From Polaromonas sp. (GTDB lineage Bacteria; Pseudomonadota; Gammaproteobacteria; Burkholderiales; Burkholderiaceae_C): DNA of 64,000 bases. Numbering within the stretch: position 1 is the stretch's first letter; each line of letters opens with the position of its first letter. The notes under the pieces are model-generated. The model was given only the letters and a program-made list of their open reading frames with translations, did not search any database and was not told where the DNA came from. Shown here piece after piece: positions 62,461-64,000 of the stretch. The translations under genes and the position numbers were made by a program. The DNA lies in contig JBCKNC010000001.1 in assembly GCA_038902915.1 (NCBI GenBank), positions 1,350 through 65,349 of the forward strand, read 5' to 3'.

Positions 62461-64000
62461 ATGTCCAAAACCCTAGCCTTTCAAGCCGAAGTGGCCCAAC
62501 TGCTCAAGCTGGTTACGCACTCGCTGTATTCAAACCCCGAGATTTTTTTGCGCGAGTTGATCTCCAATGCTTCTGATGCCTGCGACAAGCTACGCTTTGA
62601 AGCCCTGAATGATGGGGCGCTGTATGAGACCGATCCGGACTTGAGAGTACGCATCACCTTCGACAAAGCCGCCAAGACACTGACGATCACTGACAACGGC
62701 ATTGGCCTGTCCAGCCAGGAGGCGATTGACAACCTTGGCACCATCGCCAAAAGCGGCACGCGCGACTTCATGGCCAAGCTGTCGGGCGACCAGAAAAATG
62801 ACGCGCAACTTATAGGTCAGTTCGGCGTGGGTTTTTATTCAGGCTTTATCGTCGCCGACAAAATCACCGTCGAAAGCCGCCGCGCCGGTTTGCCAGCCAG
62901 CCAGGGTATGCGCTGGGTCAGCGAGGGAATGGGCGAGTTTGATGTGGCCGATATTGAACGCGCAGAGCGCGGCACCAGCATCACGCTGCACCTGAAAGAA
63001 GAGGCCGAGGATTACCTCAACGCCTACAAACTCAAGGCTGTCATCAACAAATATTCAGACCACATCTCGCTGCCCATCCTGATGGAAAAACAAGAGTGGA
63101 AAGACGGCGAACTCATCTCTGCCACCGATCCCAATGGCGGCAGGCAGCCTGGCGGCATGGTGTTGACAGGTGAATGGGAAACCGTCAACCAGGCCGCAGC
63201 ACTGTGGACGCGCGCCAAAAAAGACATCACGCAAGACCAGTACGACGAGTTTTACAAACAGCTCAGCTACGACAACCAGAGCCCACTCGCCACCACGCAC
63301 AACCGCGTTGAAGGTGCTACTGAATACACGCAGTTGCTGTTCATCCCCAGCAAAGCGCCGATGGACATGTTCAACCGCGACAAGGCCGCAGGCGTCAAGC
63401 TCTACGTCAAACGCGTCTTCATCATGGACGATGCGCAGGCGCTGATGCCGACCTACCTGCGCTTCGTCAAGGGCGTGCTGGACTCAAACGATTTGCCGCT
63501 CAATGTTTCGCGTGAGCTGCTGCAGGAAAGCCGCGCCGTCAAAGCCATTCGTGAGGGCTGCACCAAGCGCGTACTGTCGATGATTGAAGACCTGGCGGCC
63601 AACGATGCCGAAAAATTCGTCACCTTCCAGACCGAGTTTGGCGCGGTGCTGAAAGAAGGCCTGGGCGAAGACTTCGCCAACCGCGTGCGCCTGGCCAAAC
63701 TGCTGCGTTTTGCATCATCGACCAGCGACACCGCGAGCGTCAGCTTTGCCGATTACAAAGCCCGCATGAAAGAAGGTCAGGACGCGATTTACTACATCAC
63801 CGCCGACACACTCGCCGCAGCCAAAAACAGCCCGCAGCTGGAAATCTTTCACAAAAAAGGTATTGAAGTGTTGCTGATGGCCGACCGTGTGGACGAGTGG
63901 GCGCTGAACTACCTGCACGACTTCGACGGCACGCCGCTGCAGTCCGTCGCCAAGGGCGCGGTTGACCTCGGCAAGCTGCAAGATGAAGATGAAAAAAAAG
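62461..64000 (+). CDS. htpG: Chaperone HtpG (Hsp90), runs off window end
   Basis: Hand translation [40 protein letters not shown]...DNGIG...[10 protein letters not shown]...[10 protein letters not shown]. Confidence 0.97.
   Translation, partial: MSKTLAFQAEVAQLLKLVTHSLYSNPEIFLRELISNASDACDKLRFEALNDGALYETDPDLRVRITFDKAAKTLTITDNGIGLSSQEAIDNLGTIAKSGTRDFMAKLSGDQKNDAQLIGQFGVGFYSGFIVADKITVESRRAGLPASQGMRWVSEGMGEFDVADIERAERGTSITLHLKEEAEDYLNAYKLKAVINKYSDHISLPILMEKQEWKDGELISATDPNGGRQPGGMVLTGEWETVNQAAALWTRAKKDITQDQYDEFYKQLSYDNQSPLATTHNRVEGATEYTQLLFIPSKAPMDMFNRDKAAGVKLYVKRVFIMDDAQALMPTYLRFVKGVLDSNDLPLNVSRELLQESRAVKAIREGCTKRVLSMIEDLAANDAEKFVTFQTEFGAVLKEGLGEDFANRVRLAKLLRFASSTSDTASVSFADYKARMKEGQDAIYYITADTLAAAKNSPQLEIFHKKGIEVLLMADRVDEWALNYLHDFDGTPLQSVAKGAVDLGKLQDEDEKK

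Overview
Chromosomal window of a betaproteobacterium, by protein similarity most likely Comamonadaceae (Polaromonas/Rhodoferax-like); this is inferred, not searched. Core genes: uvrA-MFS-ssb, kup, gshA, proA, comM/yifB, a sigma54 torF-glnK-amtB operon, glcEF, dacB, tsaB-rimI-UDG-pyrF-oxyR-ubiA, proC, glpKD, the spc and alpha ribosomal operons, tRNA-fMet and the start of htpG. Accessory parts: a foreign-looking tctC-tctA pair, a Snf2/SWIM pair, an orphan integron-type cassette, a rearranged F8-like chemosensory cluster (CheA with an MshEN-like motif; an Hpt-CheW fusion arising from an ATG>AAG change) and a small sox-accessory island. The most unusual signal is a dense set of small repeats. (i) A ~100-bp GGGGTCAGA...TCTGACCCC palindrome has a covarying three-hairpin crown and conserved stem mismatches; it nests within itself and inside MITEs and is translated in cheB and a SemiSWEET gene. 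(ii) Several MITE families have target-site duplications and carry REP-like cargo. (iii) A ~60-bp repeat is embedded in frame in proA, glcE and glpK. (iv) There are relics of a RAYT, group II introns and an IS1111-like end. All family assignments come from motif recognition by eye.
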